Position numbers and translations under genes: made by a program
In this document: positions 25,589 to 37,173 of the stretch, one piece after another
Layout of the letters: each line of letters begins with the position of its first letter
Numbering within the stretch: position 1 is the stretch's first letter
Notes under the pieces: model-generated
Told to the model about the DNA's origin: nothing
Database searches by the model: none
Seen by the model: only the letters and a program-made list of their open reading frames with translations
Assembly: GCA_964016885.1 (NCBI GenBank)
Contig: OZ024742.1
Span: 119,660,001 to 119,724,000, forward strand
DNA length: 64,000 nt
Source of the DNA: Eledone cirrhosa
Lineage: Eukaryota
Direction of reading: 5' to 3'

Positions 25589-27444
25589 CTACCCCCCCGG
25601 GTCATTATGGGGTTTGAGGGCGAGGTAAGTCCTACGCAATCTATGTTTACATGCAGTAACCAGTTCATCTTTCTTGTTTAGGAGTTGGTCCGTCGAAAAC
25701 AGCATTTGTAAAGTTTCCTCCGAGCATAAATTGCACGGACGGCGTCCTCCCGTGTAAGAATTGGCTCTGGACAGTAATCTCCAAGTGAGATCATAGGTGA
25801 TGTTGTTGTCCTTGAGGTCCCATATGTGGCCCGAAAGTGTAGTGGCGTGACGCCGGGCCGGGTTTCGGAAGGTATGTCTATGTTGGTATAGCCGGGTCTT
25901 GAAGTCACATGCGGTAAGTCCTATATAGGCTTTGTTGGAGGTATCCGTCCTCACGTTGCACTGGTAGATCACATTACGGTCTCTGCATCTATTGTCGAGT
26001 GGGCAAATAGATCTATCCGGGCAGTTACACCTCCTGGTCGGTTCTCCACTGCTATTTAGGTTATTTCTGCCATCGGGGTTGAGTTTTTTGTTGTTAGAGG
26101 AGACGATGTTTTGTGCGAAGTTTGGTGTAGTGCTGTAAGAGAGTTTGATGGTATTTTTGTTAATTATGTTGTGGTAGCGGTGTTGTAATGGGAAGTGTTT
26201 TTCAATGAGCCTAAAGAATAGTTTCCCGATGGGAGTAGTCACCTCTGCGTTGTGGGGAGGATTGAACCATGTTACATTGCGTGAGCGGCGGTGTCTCCTG
26301 CTGGTTCCGCTAATGGGATCTGGACAGTAGGATATTTCCTCCCGGAAACCACTCCGCTTGAGGGCCTGGTTGTAATAAGGCGCATGTTCATCGAATATCC
26401 GCTCATTAGCTGACAAACGGGATATGCGGAGGGAGATGTTTTTGACCAGGTTGTTTGTGATGTTCCTAGGATGGTTTGATCGGCGGTGGATGTAGTGCAG
26501 ATTGTCATTAGGTTTCCTGTATGGGTAGTACAGGTCGTTTTCGAGGTCGAGGGTTACGTCCAGGAAGTTTACTCGGGTCAGGGACGTTTGTAGGGTTATT
26601 TTAAATCCCCAGTCGCGGAAGAATCTGATTAATTGTTTCCGGACCCGATCTGTACTACTGGGGTTGTACCCTTTAAGGGTAAGGAGCCCATCATCACGGT
26701 ACAATCCACCACCGAATGCAGGAAACATATCAGTGAGTTTGGCTATTAGGAATAATCCTATAAGATCAGTGACCTCCGCCGAATCCGTGGCGCCCATGCT
26801 GACGTCGAAGGGTGAGTCGGGAGCTCTTTTTATCCATTTAGAGTCGTCAAAGAGTAAGACTGTCTTCCTGGCGTGGAGGATGATTTTTCTTTCCTGGTCG
26901 GTGATGGGCACGAGTGTTTCGGCGAAGTCCAAGGCGGCAGTAAGTAGCGGTAAGGTGATTGAAGCATAGTAGCTCTCTATGTCGAACTGTATGAATTTAG
27001 TTTCTCGTTTATCCTCCATATTGCTGAACCAGGAGATTACTTCCTGGGTGTTGATCCATAGGCTAAGTCGGGTGTGTTGCTTGACTTTTGGTATCACGCG
27101 GTCTAGGATTTTTTTGCTGATTCTCCCTATGTCGGACTTCGTTGGGTTAATAAGCCTGATGGAGGGTTTACGGTCAAAATCGGATTTATGGTCCTTCAGT
27201 GTGAAGTATGGTGTCCGTGGGTCTAGAGGTTCCGTGCGGTCGGCGACCCCGAGGCTGGAGGTGATGTGTTGTCCATCTCGATTTATGTCCTCGATGCAAG
27301 AGTGGTTGGCCTTTTTATAGGTGGAGTTTAGGCTGCTCCTGATCAGTGTGTGGTATCTGTCAGGGTTGACAAAGTATAGGTTCCCAGTTTTATCCGAATG
27401 CACCATGATGTCATTTGTGTTATCATACTCTGTTAAGTTGCTAC
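25589..27444 (-). CDS. Mirror copy of the same PLE RT/GIY-YIG ORF
   Basis: Translation identical to the + arm except across the loop. Confidence 0.93.
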
Positions 27445-29309
27445 AAAAACTCCGTAGCAACTTAACAGAGTATGATAACACAAATGACATCATGGTGCAT
27501 TCGGATAAAACTGGGAACCTATACTTTGTCAACCCTGACAGATACCACACACTGATCAGGAGCAGCCTAAACTCCACCTATAAAAAGGCCAACCACTCTT
27601 GCATCGAGGACATAAATCGAGATGGACAACACATCACCTCCAGCCTCGGGGTCGCCGACCGCACGGAACCTCTAGACCCACGGACACCATACTTCACACT
27701 GAAGGACCATAAATCCGATTTTGACCGTAAACCCTCCATCAGGCTTATTAACCCAACGAAGTCCGACATAGGGAGAATCAGCAAAAAAATCCTAGACCGC
27801 GTGATACCAAAAGTCAAGCAACACACCCGACTTAGCCTATGGATCAACACCCAGGAAGTAATCTCCTGGTTCAGCAATATGGAGGATAAACGAGAAACTA
27901 AATTCATACAGTTCGACATAGAGAGCTACTATGCTTCAATCACCTTACCGCTACTTACTGCCGCCTTGGACTTCGCCGAAACACTCGTGCCCATCACCGA
28001 CCAGGAAAGAAAAATCATCCTCCACGCCAGGAAGACAGTCTTACTCTTTGACGACTCTAAATGGATAAAAAGAGCTCCCGACTCACCCTTCGACGTCAGC
28101 ATGGGCGCCACGGATTCGGCGGAGGTCACTGATCTTATAGGATTATTCCTAATAGCCAAACTCACTGATATGTTTCCTGCATTCGGTGGTGGATTGTACC
28201 GTGATGATGGGCTCCTTACCCTTAAAGGGTACAACCCCAGTAGTACAGATCGGGTCCGGAAACAATTAATCAGATTCTTCCGCGACTGGGGATTTAAAAT
28301 AACCCTACAAACGTCCCTGACCCGAGTAAACTTCCTGGACGTAACCCTCGACCTCGAAAACGACCTGTACTACCCATACAGGAAACCTAATGACAATCTG
28401 CACTACATCCACCGCCGATCAAACCATCCTAGGAACATCACAAACAACCTGGTCAAAAACATCTCCCTCCGCATATCCCGTTTGTCAGCTAATGAGCGGA
28501 TATTCGATGAACATGCGCCTTATTACAACCAGGCCCTCAAGCGGAGTGGTTTCCGGGAGGAAATATCCTACTGTCCAGATCCCATTAGCGGAACCAGCAG
28601 GAGACACCGCCGCTCACGCAATGTAACATGGTTCAATCCTCCCCACAACGCAGAGGTGACTACTCCCATCGGGAAACTATTCTTTAGGCTCATTGAAAAA
28701 CACTTCCCATTACAACACCGCTACCACAACATAATTAACAAAAATACCATCAAACTCTCTTACAGCACTACACCAAACTTCGCACAAAACATCGTCTCCT
28801 CTAACAACAAAAAACTCAACCCCGATGGCAGAAATAACCTAAATAGCAGTGGAGAACCGACCAGGAGGTGTAACTGCCCGGATAGATCTATTTGCCCACT
28901 CGACAATAGATGCAGAGACCGTAATGTGATCTACCAGTGCAACGTGAGGACGGATACCTCCAACAAAGCCTATATAGGACTTACCGCATGTGACTTCAAG
29001 ACCCGGCTATACCAACATAGACATACCTTCCGAAACCCGGCCCGGCGTCACGCCACTACACTTTCGGGCCACATATGGGACCTCAAGGACAACAACATCA
29101 CCTATGATCTCACTTGGAGATTACTGTCCAGAGCCAATTCTTACACGGGAGGACGCCGTCCGTGCAATTTATGCTCGGAGGAAACTTTACAAATGCTGTT
29201 TTCGACGGACCAACTCCTAAACAAGAAAGATGAACTGGTTACTGCATGTAAACATAGATTGCGTAGGACTTACCTCGCCCTCAAACCCCATAATGACCCG
29301 GGGGGGTAG
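27444..29309 (+). CDS. PLE reverse transcriptase plus GIY-YIG endonuclease, 5'-truncated but otherwise open
   Basis: SDKTGNLY, RLINPTKSDIG, FDIESYY, MGATDS, YRDDGL, NFLDVTL, CNC..CPL..C linker, VIYQC..YIGLT, CNLC..E..LLNKKDE..CKH. Confidence 0.93.
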   Translation, partial: QKLRSNLTEYDNTNDIMVHSDKTGNLYFVNPDRYHTLIRSSLNSTYKKANHSCIEDINRDGQHITSSLGVADRTEPLDPRTPYFTLKDHKSDFDRKPSIRLINPTKSDIGRISKKILDRVIPKVKQHTRLSLWINTQEVISWFSNMEDKRETKFIQFDIESYYASITLPLLTAALDFAETLVPITDQERKIILHARKTVLLFDDSKWIKRAPDSPFDVSMGATDSAEVTDLIGLFLIAKLTDMFPAFGGGLYRDDGLLTLKGYNPSSTDRVRKQLIRFFRDWGFKITLQTSLTRVNFLDVTLDLENDLYYPYRKPNDNLHYIHRRSNHPRNITNNLVKNISLRISRLSANERIFDEHAPYYNQALKRSGFREEISYCPDPISGTSRRHRRSRNVTWFNPPHNAEVTTPIGKLFFRLIEKHFPLQHRYHNIINKNTIKLSYSTTPNFAQNIVSSNNKKLNPDGRNNLNSSGEPTRRCNCPDRSICPLDNRCRDRNVIYQCNVRTDTSNKAYIGLTACDFKTRLYQHRHTFRNPARRHATTLSGHIWDLKDNNITYDLTWRLLSRANSYTGGRRPCNLCSEETLQMLFSTDQLLNKKDELVTACKHRLRRTYLALKPHNDPGG

Positions 29310-30401
29310 ACTAGGGCTTTAACACCCCAGTTGCCGATTTTGCAATGGGTAACCCCTGCTTGCCAAGGAAGACGTAAGATCTTCTTTGTATTCTTTTATC
29401 GCATCCTTTATTTCCTTCCCCCCTCTCTCCTTTGTCCTTCTACCCCAGCTCTTCTCCTTTGTCGGCGTCTTTTCTCGCCCACCCGAGGCTGCCCTTTGGC
29501 CCCATGTAGCCTTAGTACCCCCACTCCCCCCTCCCCTAGTCTTTGATAGATTTGGCGGACTCCGCCCTTTATAGCAGTTGGCTTAGACCCCGGATACTTG
29601 CCCCCCTTTTCCGACCGCTCCCACTATTCTCTGTGCCCTCTTTATTTCTTAGTGGCACTTATGCCTTATTTTTTCGTTTCAGTATTTCTTGCTTCGCTTT
29701 TCTTCTGGGCGGGGTGGATTCTGAACTTATTTCTCCGTATTCTACCTTTATTTCGTACGAACTTTCATGTAGCTTGTTTTAGATCTTTTAGAGTTAGCAT
29801 TAGTATATATTTTTCCCGGGACTCAGAATTATTATGTCGTACAAGTTCACTTTGCTGCACTGGGTCGTTGCTGGCCCGGGATGGAAACCTTTATTGTTTA
29901 TTTCGTGGTAGTCTCTTTAGTATTTTGGCCCCTTTTGTTGACCAGTCACCGTATCATTTACGTACTTATACCTCTTAAAAGGGTCCTTGCTTAATTCGTC
30001 CCACCTAGTTCTTTTACTTATTTCCTTATTTATTTATTTATTTATTTATTTACTTCTTTCTTTCTTTCTTTATTTTATTCTCGCCTAACAATAGCCTGAC
30101 ACCTAGGTCGTAGAATTTAATTTTTTCTTTACACTTTTTTGCTTTTCTTCACTCTCAGTATTTTTTCTTTCCTATTTTTACCCCCCATTGTTCTACCTAC
30201 CGTTCCGACTTCCTCCCCCTCCCCCTCCCCTGTATCTTCTTTGACCTCATGCCCAGCTGTAGCTGGCACTACCAACGCTTGATTGGGTCTACTCCACCCC
30301 CTCCCCTCTTTCTCCTACTGGCAGGTTTAGCCACCATCTCCCCTACTAATTTGCAACCACAGAATTACTACTGATTTTTGACAATCACTTTGACCATATA
30401 T

Positions 30402-30513
30402 GGAATTACCCCTTGAGAAGATCGGCTATTTAAATACCAGGATAAATGTTCATTTAGTCCAGAATTAGCCGTCGAAACGGCTTGAGCTCAGCTGTCGGGG
30501 TCTTACTGGTTCC
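30402..30513 (+). ncRNA. Type I hammerhead ribozyme with U3-A8 core, PLE family 1
   Basis: ACCCC-UUGAGAA-GA(U)CGGCUA...UAGCCGUC-GAAA-CGGCU(UGAGCUC)AGCUGU-C-GGGGU. Predicted cut after GUC at 30496. Confidence 0.8.
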
Positions 30514-30594
30514 TATTACCCACTCTACTACCTCAAGTATTGAGTACTTTGGTGCGTTATGGTCCACCTGGTTCCTTACCACATTTCCTTCGTT

Positions 30595-31077
30595 ATATAT
30601 AGTATATATATATATATAGTATATATATATATAGTATATATATATATAGTATATATATATATAGTATATATATATATATACTATATATATATAGTATATA
30701 TATATATAGTATATATATATATACTATATATATATAGTATATATATATAGTATATATAGTATATATATATATAGTATATATATATATAGTATATATATAT
30801 ATAGTATATATATATATAGTATATATATATATATATAGTATATATATATATATATAGTATATATATATATATATAGTATATATATATATATATAGTATAT
30901 ATATATATATAGTATATATATATATATAGTATATATATATATATAGTATATATATATATATAGTATATATATATATATAGTATATATATATATAGTATAT
31001 ATATATATAGTATATATATATATATAGTATATATATATATATAGTATATATATATATATAGTATATATATATATATA
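30595..31077. repeat. (TA)nG satellite
   Basis: Direct reading. Confidence 0.95.
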
Positions 31078-31241
31078 GGAACTGAGGGTCGCATGGTAAA
31101 TAACTGAGAGAGATACAATAGGATTAGAATAGGAGATACAATAGGATCAAATAACTGAGAGAGATACAATAGGATTAGAATACCGCATGGTAAATATCCA
31201 AGTTAATAAGTTAATACTACATCAGTAAAATTAACAATAAT

Positions 31242-31616
31242 AACGTCATGAAAAAAGCTACTAAGAGAAACCCTCGAAAATTTATCGCTAATACAGCAGG
31301 GAAAATTTAACGCTAATACAGCAGGGAACATCATAATATTAACGACATGAAAAAGCTACTAAGAGAAACCCTCGAAAATTTATCGCTAATACAGCAGGGA
31401 AAATTTAACGCTAATACAGCAGGGAACATCATAATATTAACGACATGAAAAAGCTACTAAGAGAAACCCTCGAAAATTTATCGCTAATACAGCAGGGAAA
31501 ATTTAACGCTAATACAGCAGGGAACATCATAATATTAACGACATGAAAAAGCTACTAAGAGAAACCCTCGAAAATTTATCGCTAATACAGCAGGGAAAAT
31601 TTAACGCTAATACAGC
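31242..31616 (+). repeat. 98-bp tandem repeat, about 3.8 copies, directly upstream of the RTE-B ORF
   Basis: aacgacatgaaaaagctactaagag... starts at 31242, 31341, 31439 and 31537. Confidence 0.95.
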
Positions 31617-34600
31617 TAAAATACACGAGCAACTCTGAATCAATAGATGAAATATGAATCTGCGAGCTACCAAGCACCCACGTGAAGCGCCAACCCAGAG
31701 ACCCTCCCCTACGAGTGTCGACAAATGCCCAAAACTCCGAGTTGGTACCATCAATGTAGGCTCAATGAAAGGAAGAGCAGGAGAAATCGTAGAAATGCTA
31801 GAGCGAAAGGAAGTTGATGTATGCTGTGTGCAAGAGACTAGATGGAGAGGAGGGTCTGCTAGAGTCCTTGTAGGAAAAAGCCAGTGCTACAAATTTTTCT
31901 GGGTGGGAAATGACGATGGGATGGGTGGTGTAGGTATACTATTAGCTGACAAGTGGGTAGATAAAGTAATCTCAGTGTACAGGGTAAATGCAAGAATCAT
32001 TAAACTCAGACTAGTCCTGAATAAGACAATTACCACAATAATATCAGCTTACGCACCCCAATCGGGGCTGCCAGACGAACTTAAGGATAGGTTTTACGAG
32101 TCCCTAATACACACTACTGCTCTAACAGACGACAAGGACTTCCTAATCATTGCAGGAGATTTTAACGGACACGTAGGTAAACACTGCGACGGCTTCAATA
32201 GAGTACATGGAGGCCATGGAGTTGGCACAAGGAATGAGGAAGGATTCAGACTTCTAGAATTCTGCGACGCCAATGACATGTCGATATGTAACACAAACTT
32301 TAAAAAACCCGACAACCACCTGATCACCTATAGATCAGGGGAGCACTCTAGTCAGTTAGATTTTATCCTCATCAGAGGACGTGACAGATGGACGGTCGTA
32401 AACACAAAAGCCTTCCCTAGTGAGGAATGTACATCCCAACATAGCTTAGTTGTCAGCGACCTCACGGTCAGAACTAGACGAGCCCTGAAACAGAGGCCAA
32501 CCTGGAGAAGAAAGATCTGGAAGCTGAAAGTCCCCTCAACCAGTAACAGATTTAAAGATATTTTACTCAACGCCTACGACAGTAAAGAAGAACAGATAGA
32601 GACATTTAACGTAGAAGAGAACTGGGAGTTCCTAAAAAATAACTTACTAGAGGCGACGGATGAGGTTTGTGGCTGGAGTAAGACCTCAAGCAGGAGGAGA
32701 GTGACTTGGTGGTGGAACAATAAGGTAGATGAAGCAGTCAAGGCCAAGAGACAGGCATGGAAAGAATGGAAGAACGGGGGGAGCAGGGTACATTACATAG
32801 AGACCAAGAGGGAAGCTAGGCGACAAGTATACTTAGCTAGGAGGGAAGGAGAGGATAGAAAATTCAAGCATGTTTTACAACGTGAGGACCAGAAACAGGA
32901 GGTATTCAAGATTGCGAGGCAGTGTGTCAGAGATAGTTGTGATGTCATTGGAGAGAAGTGTATCCGGAATGATAAAGGTGAGCTTGCCCTCACAAGTGCT
33001 GAGAAGAAAGATGCATGGAAGAGTCATTATGATAGATTACTAAATGAGGAGAATGCATGGGAAGAAGAGACCCTACCCCACGTAGACCCTATAGAGGGAC
33101 CAGCAGTACAAGTCAGCGGCAGCGTAGTAAGTAAGGCAATCAGAGATATGAAGATAGGGAAGGCAACCGGTCCATCGGGTATAGCTGCCGAGATGCTGAA
33201 GGCATCTGGGTCTGTAGGTCACACTATAACCACACGTATCGTTAACCAGGTAATACTAGAGGGGGCCATACCAAAAGATTGGTGCAGTAGCATCATTGTC
33301 AACTGCTACAAAGGTAAAGGCGATGCACTAGATAGAGGAAACTATAGAGGTATAAAGTTGATGGACCAGGTCATGAAAGTAACAGAAAGAGTTATAGCAC
33401 AGCTGATTAGGGACCGGGTGAATATAGACGAGATGCAATTTGGGTTTGTACCAGGGAAAGGCACCACTGATGCGCTCTTCCTTGTGAGGCAATTACAGGA
33501 AAAGTACCTAGCTAAAAGTAAGCCACTCTACTTGGCATTTGTCGACCTTGAGAAAGCCTTTGACAGAGTTCCACGTGCAGTAATCTGGTGGGCTCTTAGA
33601 AAACTAGGAGTAGATGAATGGCTTGTGAAAGCGGTACAAGCCATGTATAGGGGAGCAGTCAGCAAAGTTAGGATTGGCAATGAGTATAGCGAGGAATTTA
33701 GCGTACAGGTTGGGGTCCACCAGGGCTCTGTTCTTAGCCCTCTCCTGTTCATCATAGTCCTGCAGGCAATAACGGAGGAGTTTAAGACCGGATGCCCATG
33801 GGAACTCCTGTATGCTGATGACCTCGCACTCATAGCTGAATCTATGGTAGAACTAGAGAATAAATTCCAAACCTGGAAGCAGGGACTAGAGAGAAAGGGC
33901 CTCAAAGTCAACATGACAAAGACTAAGGTCCTTATAAGTAGACGAGAAAACAGAACCCAGATCCCCTCAGGGAAATGGCCTTGCTCAGTATGTAGGAAAG
34001 GTGTAGGTAGGAACTCCATTCTTTGCCCCAAATGCAAACAATGGGTACACAAGAGATGTAGCGGGATCTCAGGAAGCTTAATTAAGAATGTAGGATTCAC
34101 ATGCAGCAGCTGTGCTGAAACAGCAAGCAAACAGCCACAGGAAACAAGTACCACCAATCTCTGGGAGGGCCCTGTAGAAACAGTAGACAGCTTCTGCTAC
34201 CTAGGTGACCGAATTAGCAACGGAGGTGGGTGCTCAGAAAGTACAATAACTAGGGTAAGAACGGGATGGAAGAAGTTTAGGGAACTACTACCACTGCTAG
34301 CTGCAAAAGGCTTCTCCCTCAGAATGAAAGGCAGACTGTATGATGCGTGTATCCGAACAGCGATGTTGCATGGTAGTGAGACCTGGGCGCTGAAGGTGGA
34401 AGACTTACGTAGATTAGAGAGAAACGAAGCCTGCATGCTCCGATGGATGTGTAACAGTAATATACGTGAACGACAAAGCATAAATGAATTGAGAGAGAGA
34501 CTGAGCATAAGAGGAATCAAATGCTGCGTGCAGGAGAGGCGGTTACGCTGGTATGGACATGTGATGCGTATGAAGGATGACAGCTGCATAAAAAGGTGCA

Positions 34601-35077
34601 GAGCACTAGAAGTTGATGGAAACCGCGGAGTGGGGAGACCCAAGATGACTTGGGATGAGGTGATAAAAGCCGACCTTACCCAACTACACCTCTCAAAGTC
34701 AATGACACACGACCGTGACTTCTGGCGTCACGCAGTAATACAGGGTACCCGACCTCCCATGGGTACATGCTGAAGCATATAAACAATATGCCCCCCCCCC
34801 CACCGCAAGGTGGTCGTGGAGGTGCCACGGCAAAAAAGCACCCAGCCCACACTGTAAAGTGGACGTGTAGGCGCCACGAAAAAGCACCCACCACTCACTG
34901 TAAATGAGGTTGGTGTTAGGAAGGGCATCCAGCTGTAGAAATCAAGCCAGATCAGTTCCTGTATGAGCAAGGCATGGTCAGCCGACCAGACACTGCCCAC
35001 AACAGGACAACCCGTCTAACCCATGCTAGCGTGGAAGAACGGACGTAAAACGGTGATGATGATGATGATGATGATGA
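31617..35077 (+). mobile_element. RTE-clade LINE family B, apparently full-length ORF (5' end may extend to 31078)
   Basis: Intact ORF, ~300-nt 3' UTR, tail ggacgtaaaacggtgatgatg. Confidence 0.97.
31654..34773 (+). CDS. RTE ORF: APE endonuclease, RT, PHD-like finger (1039 aa)
   Basis: VGTINVGSM, QETRW, GDFNGH, SQHSL, DLEKAFD, YADD, CSVC..CPKC..HKRC..CSSC. Confidence 0.96.
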   Translation: MNLRATKHPREAPTQRPSPTSVDKCPKLRVGTINVGSMKGRAGEIVEMLERKEVDVCCVQETRWRGGSARVLVGKSQCYKFFWVGNDDGMGGVGILLADKWVDKVISVYRVNARIIKLRLVLNKTITTIISAYAPQSGLPDELKDRFYESLIHTTALTDDKDFLIIAGDFNGHVGKHCDGFNRVHGGHGVGTRNEEGFRLLEFCDANDMSICNTNFKKPDNHLITYRSGEHSSQLDFILIRGRDRWTVVNTKAFPSEECTSQHSLVVSDLTVRTRRALKQRPTWRRKIWKLKVPSTSNRFKDILLNAYDSKEEQIETFNVEENWEFLKNNLLEATDEVCGWSKTSSRRRVTWWWNNKVDEAVKAKRQAWKEWKNGGSRVHYIETKREARRQVYLARREGEDRKFKHVLQREDQKQEVFKIARQCVRDSCDVIGEKCIRNDKGELALTSAEKKDAWKSHYDRLLNEENAWEEETLPHVDPIEGPAVQVSGSVVSKAIRDMKIGKATGPSGIAAEMLKASGSVGHTITTRIVNQVILEGAIPKDWCSSIIVNCYKGKGDALDRGNYRGIKLMDQVMKVTERVIAQLIRDRVNIDEMQFGFVPGKGTTDALFLVRQLQEKYLAKSKPLYLAFVDLEKAFDRVPRAVIWWALRKLGVDEWLVKAVQAMYRGAVSKVRIGNEYSEEFSVQVGVHQGSVLSPLLFIIVLQAITEEFKTGCPWELLYADDLALIAESMVELENKFQTWKQGLERKGLKVNMTKTKVLISRRENRTQIPSGKWPCSVCRKGVGRNSILCPKCKQWVHKRCSGISGSLIKNVGFTCSSCAETASKQPQETSTTNLWEGPVETVDSFCYLGDRISNGGGCSESTITRVRTGWKKFRELLPLLAAKGFSLRMKGRLYDACIRTAMLHGSETWALKVEDLRRLERNEACMLRWMCNSNIRERQSINELRERLSIRGIKCCVQERRLRWYGHVMRMKDDSCIKRCRALEVDGNRGVGRPKMTWDEVIKADLTQLHLSKSMTHDRDFWRHAVIQGTRPPMGTC

Positions 35078-35090
35078 TATATATATATAG

Positions 35091-35132
<42 letters not shown>

Positions 35133-35249
35133 TATAGTATATATATATATAGTATATATATATATATATATAGTATATATACTCTTTTACTCTTTTACGT
35201 GTTTCAGCCATCCGGCTGAGGCCATGCTGGGGCACCGCCCTTGGATATA

Positions 35250-35275
35250 ATATATAGTATATATATATATATATA

Positions 35276-35309
<34 letters not shown>

Positions 35310-35571
35310 TATATATATATATATAGTATATATATATATATATAGTATATATATATATATAGTATATATATATATATAGTATATATATATAGTATATATA
35401 TATATAGTATATATATATATATAGTATATATATATATATAGTATATATATATATATAGTATATATATATATATATAGTATATATATAGATATATAGTATA
35501 TATATATATATATAGTATATATATATATATAGTATATATATATATATATACATAGTATATATATATATATA

Positions 35572-35612
<41 letters not shown>

Positions 35613-35789
35613 AATATATTTATATATAGTATATATATAAATATATATATTTATATATAGTATATATATATATATATTATATATATATATTTATATATAT
35701 ATATAAAATATATATATTTATATATAGTATATATATATAAATATATATATTTATATATAGTATATATATATATATATATTTATATATAG

Positions 35790-35821
<32 letters not shown>

Positions 35822-35822
35822 G

Positions 35823-35864
<42 letters not shown>

Positions 35865-35902
35865 TATATATATGTATATATATATATATATTTATATATA
35901 TA

Positions 35903-35940
<38 letters not shown>

Positions 35941-36353
35941 TATATATAGTAGTATATATATATATAGTATATATATATATAGTATATATATAGTATATAT
36001 ATATAGTATATATATATATATTATAGTATATATATATAGTATATATATATATAGTATATATATAGTATATATATATATAGTATATATATATAGTATATAT
36101 ATATATAGTATATATATATATAGTATATATATATATAGTATATATATATAGTATATATATAGTATATATATATAGTATATATATATATAGTATATATATA
36201 TATAGTATATATATATATAGTATATATATATATAGTATATATATATATAGTATATATATATATATATAGTATATATATATATATATATTTATATATAGTA
36301 TATATATATATAGTATATATATATATATTTATATATAGTATATATATATATAG

Positions 36354-36385
<32 letters not shown>

Positions 36386-36503
36386 GTATATATATATATA
36401 GTATATATATATATTTATATATAGTATATATATATATTTATATATAGTATATATATATAGTATATATATATATATAAGTATATATATATATATATAGTAT
36501 ATA

Positions 36504-36541
<38 letters not shown>

Positions 36542-37003
36542 TATATATATATATATAGTATATATATATATATATAGTATATATATATATATAGTATATA
36601 TTATATATATATAGTATATATATATATATATATATATAGTATATATATATATATAGTATATATATATATAGTATATATATATATATATATAGTATATATA
36701 TATATAGTATATATATAGTATATATATATATAGTATATATATATATATATATATATAGTCTATATATATATATAGTATGTATATATATATATATATATAT
36801 ATAGTATGTATATATATATATATAGTATGGATGTATATATATATATAGTATATATATATATAGTATGGATGTATATATATATATAGTATATATATATATA
36901 GTATGTGATGTATATATATATATAGTATATATATATGATATATAGTATATATATAGTATATATATATATATATATATAGTATATATATATATATATATAT
37001 ATA

Positions 37004-37055
<52 letters not shown>

Positions 37056-37071
37056 TATATATATATATATA

Positions 37072-37123
<52 letters not shown>

Positions 37124-37137
37124 TATATATATATATA

Positions 37138-37173
<36 letters not shown>

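Larger units (their letters stand above)
24382..30594. mobile_element. PLE family 1 insertion forming a giant palindrome (arms 24382-27444 and 27454-30516, 9-nt loop, ~78-nt tail on the right only)
   Basis: Mirror-image ORF coordinates sum to 54898. Centre reads aagttgctac-aaaaactcc-gtagcaactt. Confidence 0.97.

Noticed and set aside
27321-27443. N-terminus MEFRLLLISV... of the two 662-aa ORFs
   Set aside because: It is the antisense strand of the opposite arm read through the palindrome centre. The real PLE N-terminus is missing.
31255-31290. Hammerhead-like look of the 98-bp repeat (agcta-ctaaga-gaaaccctc-gaaa-attta-tcgct)
   Set aside because: The core is one base short and lacks G5, and stem I is mismatched. 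Cannot be supported.
31242-31616. CRISPR-like array
   Set aside because: Units are contiguous with no unique spacers, and the context is eukaryotic.
31617-31740. 5'-3' panhandle in RTE-B equivalent to family A
   Set aside because: Only short chance-level complementarity was found by eye.
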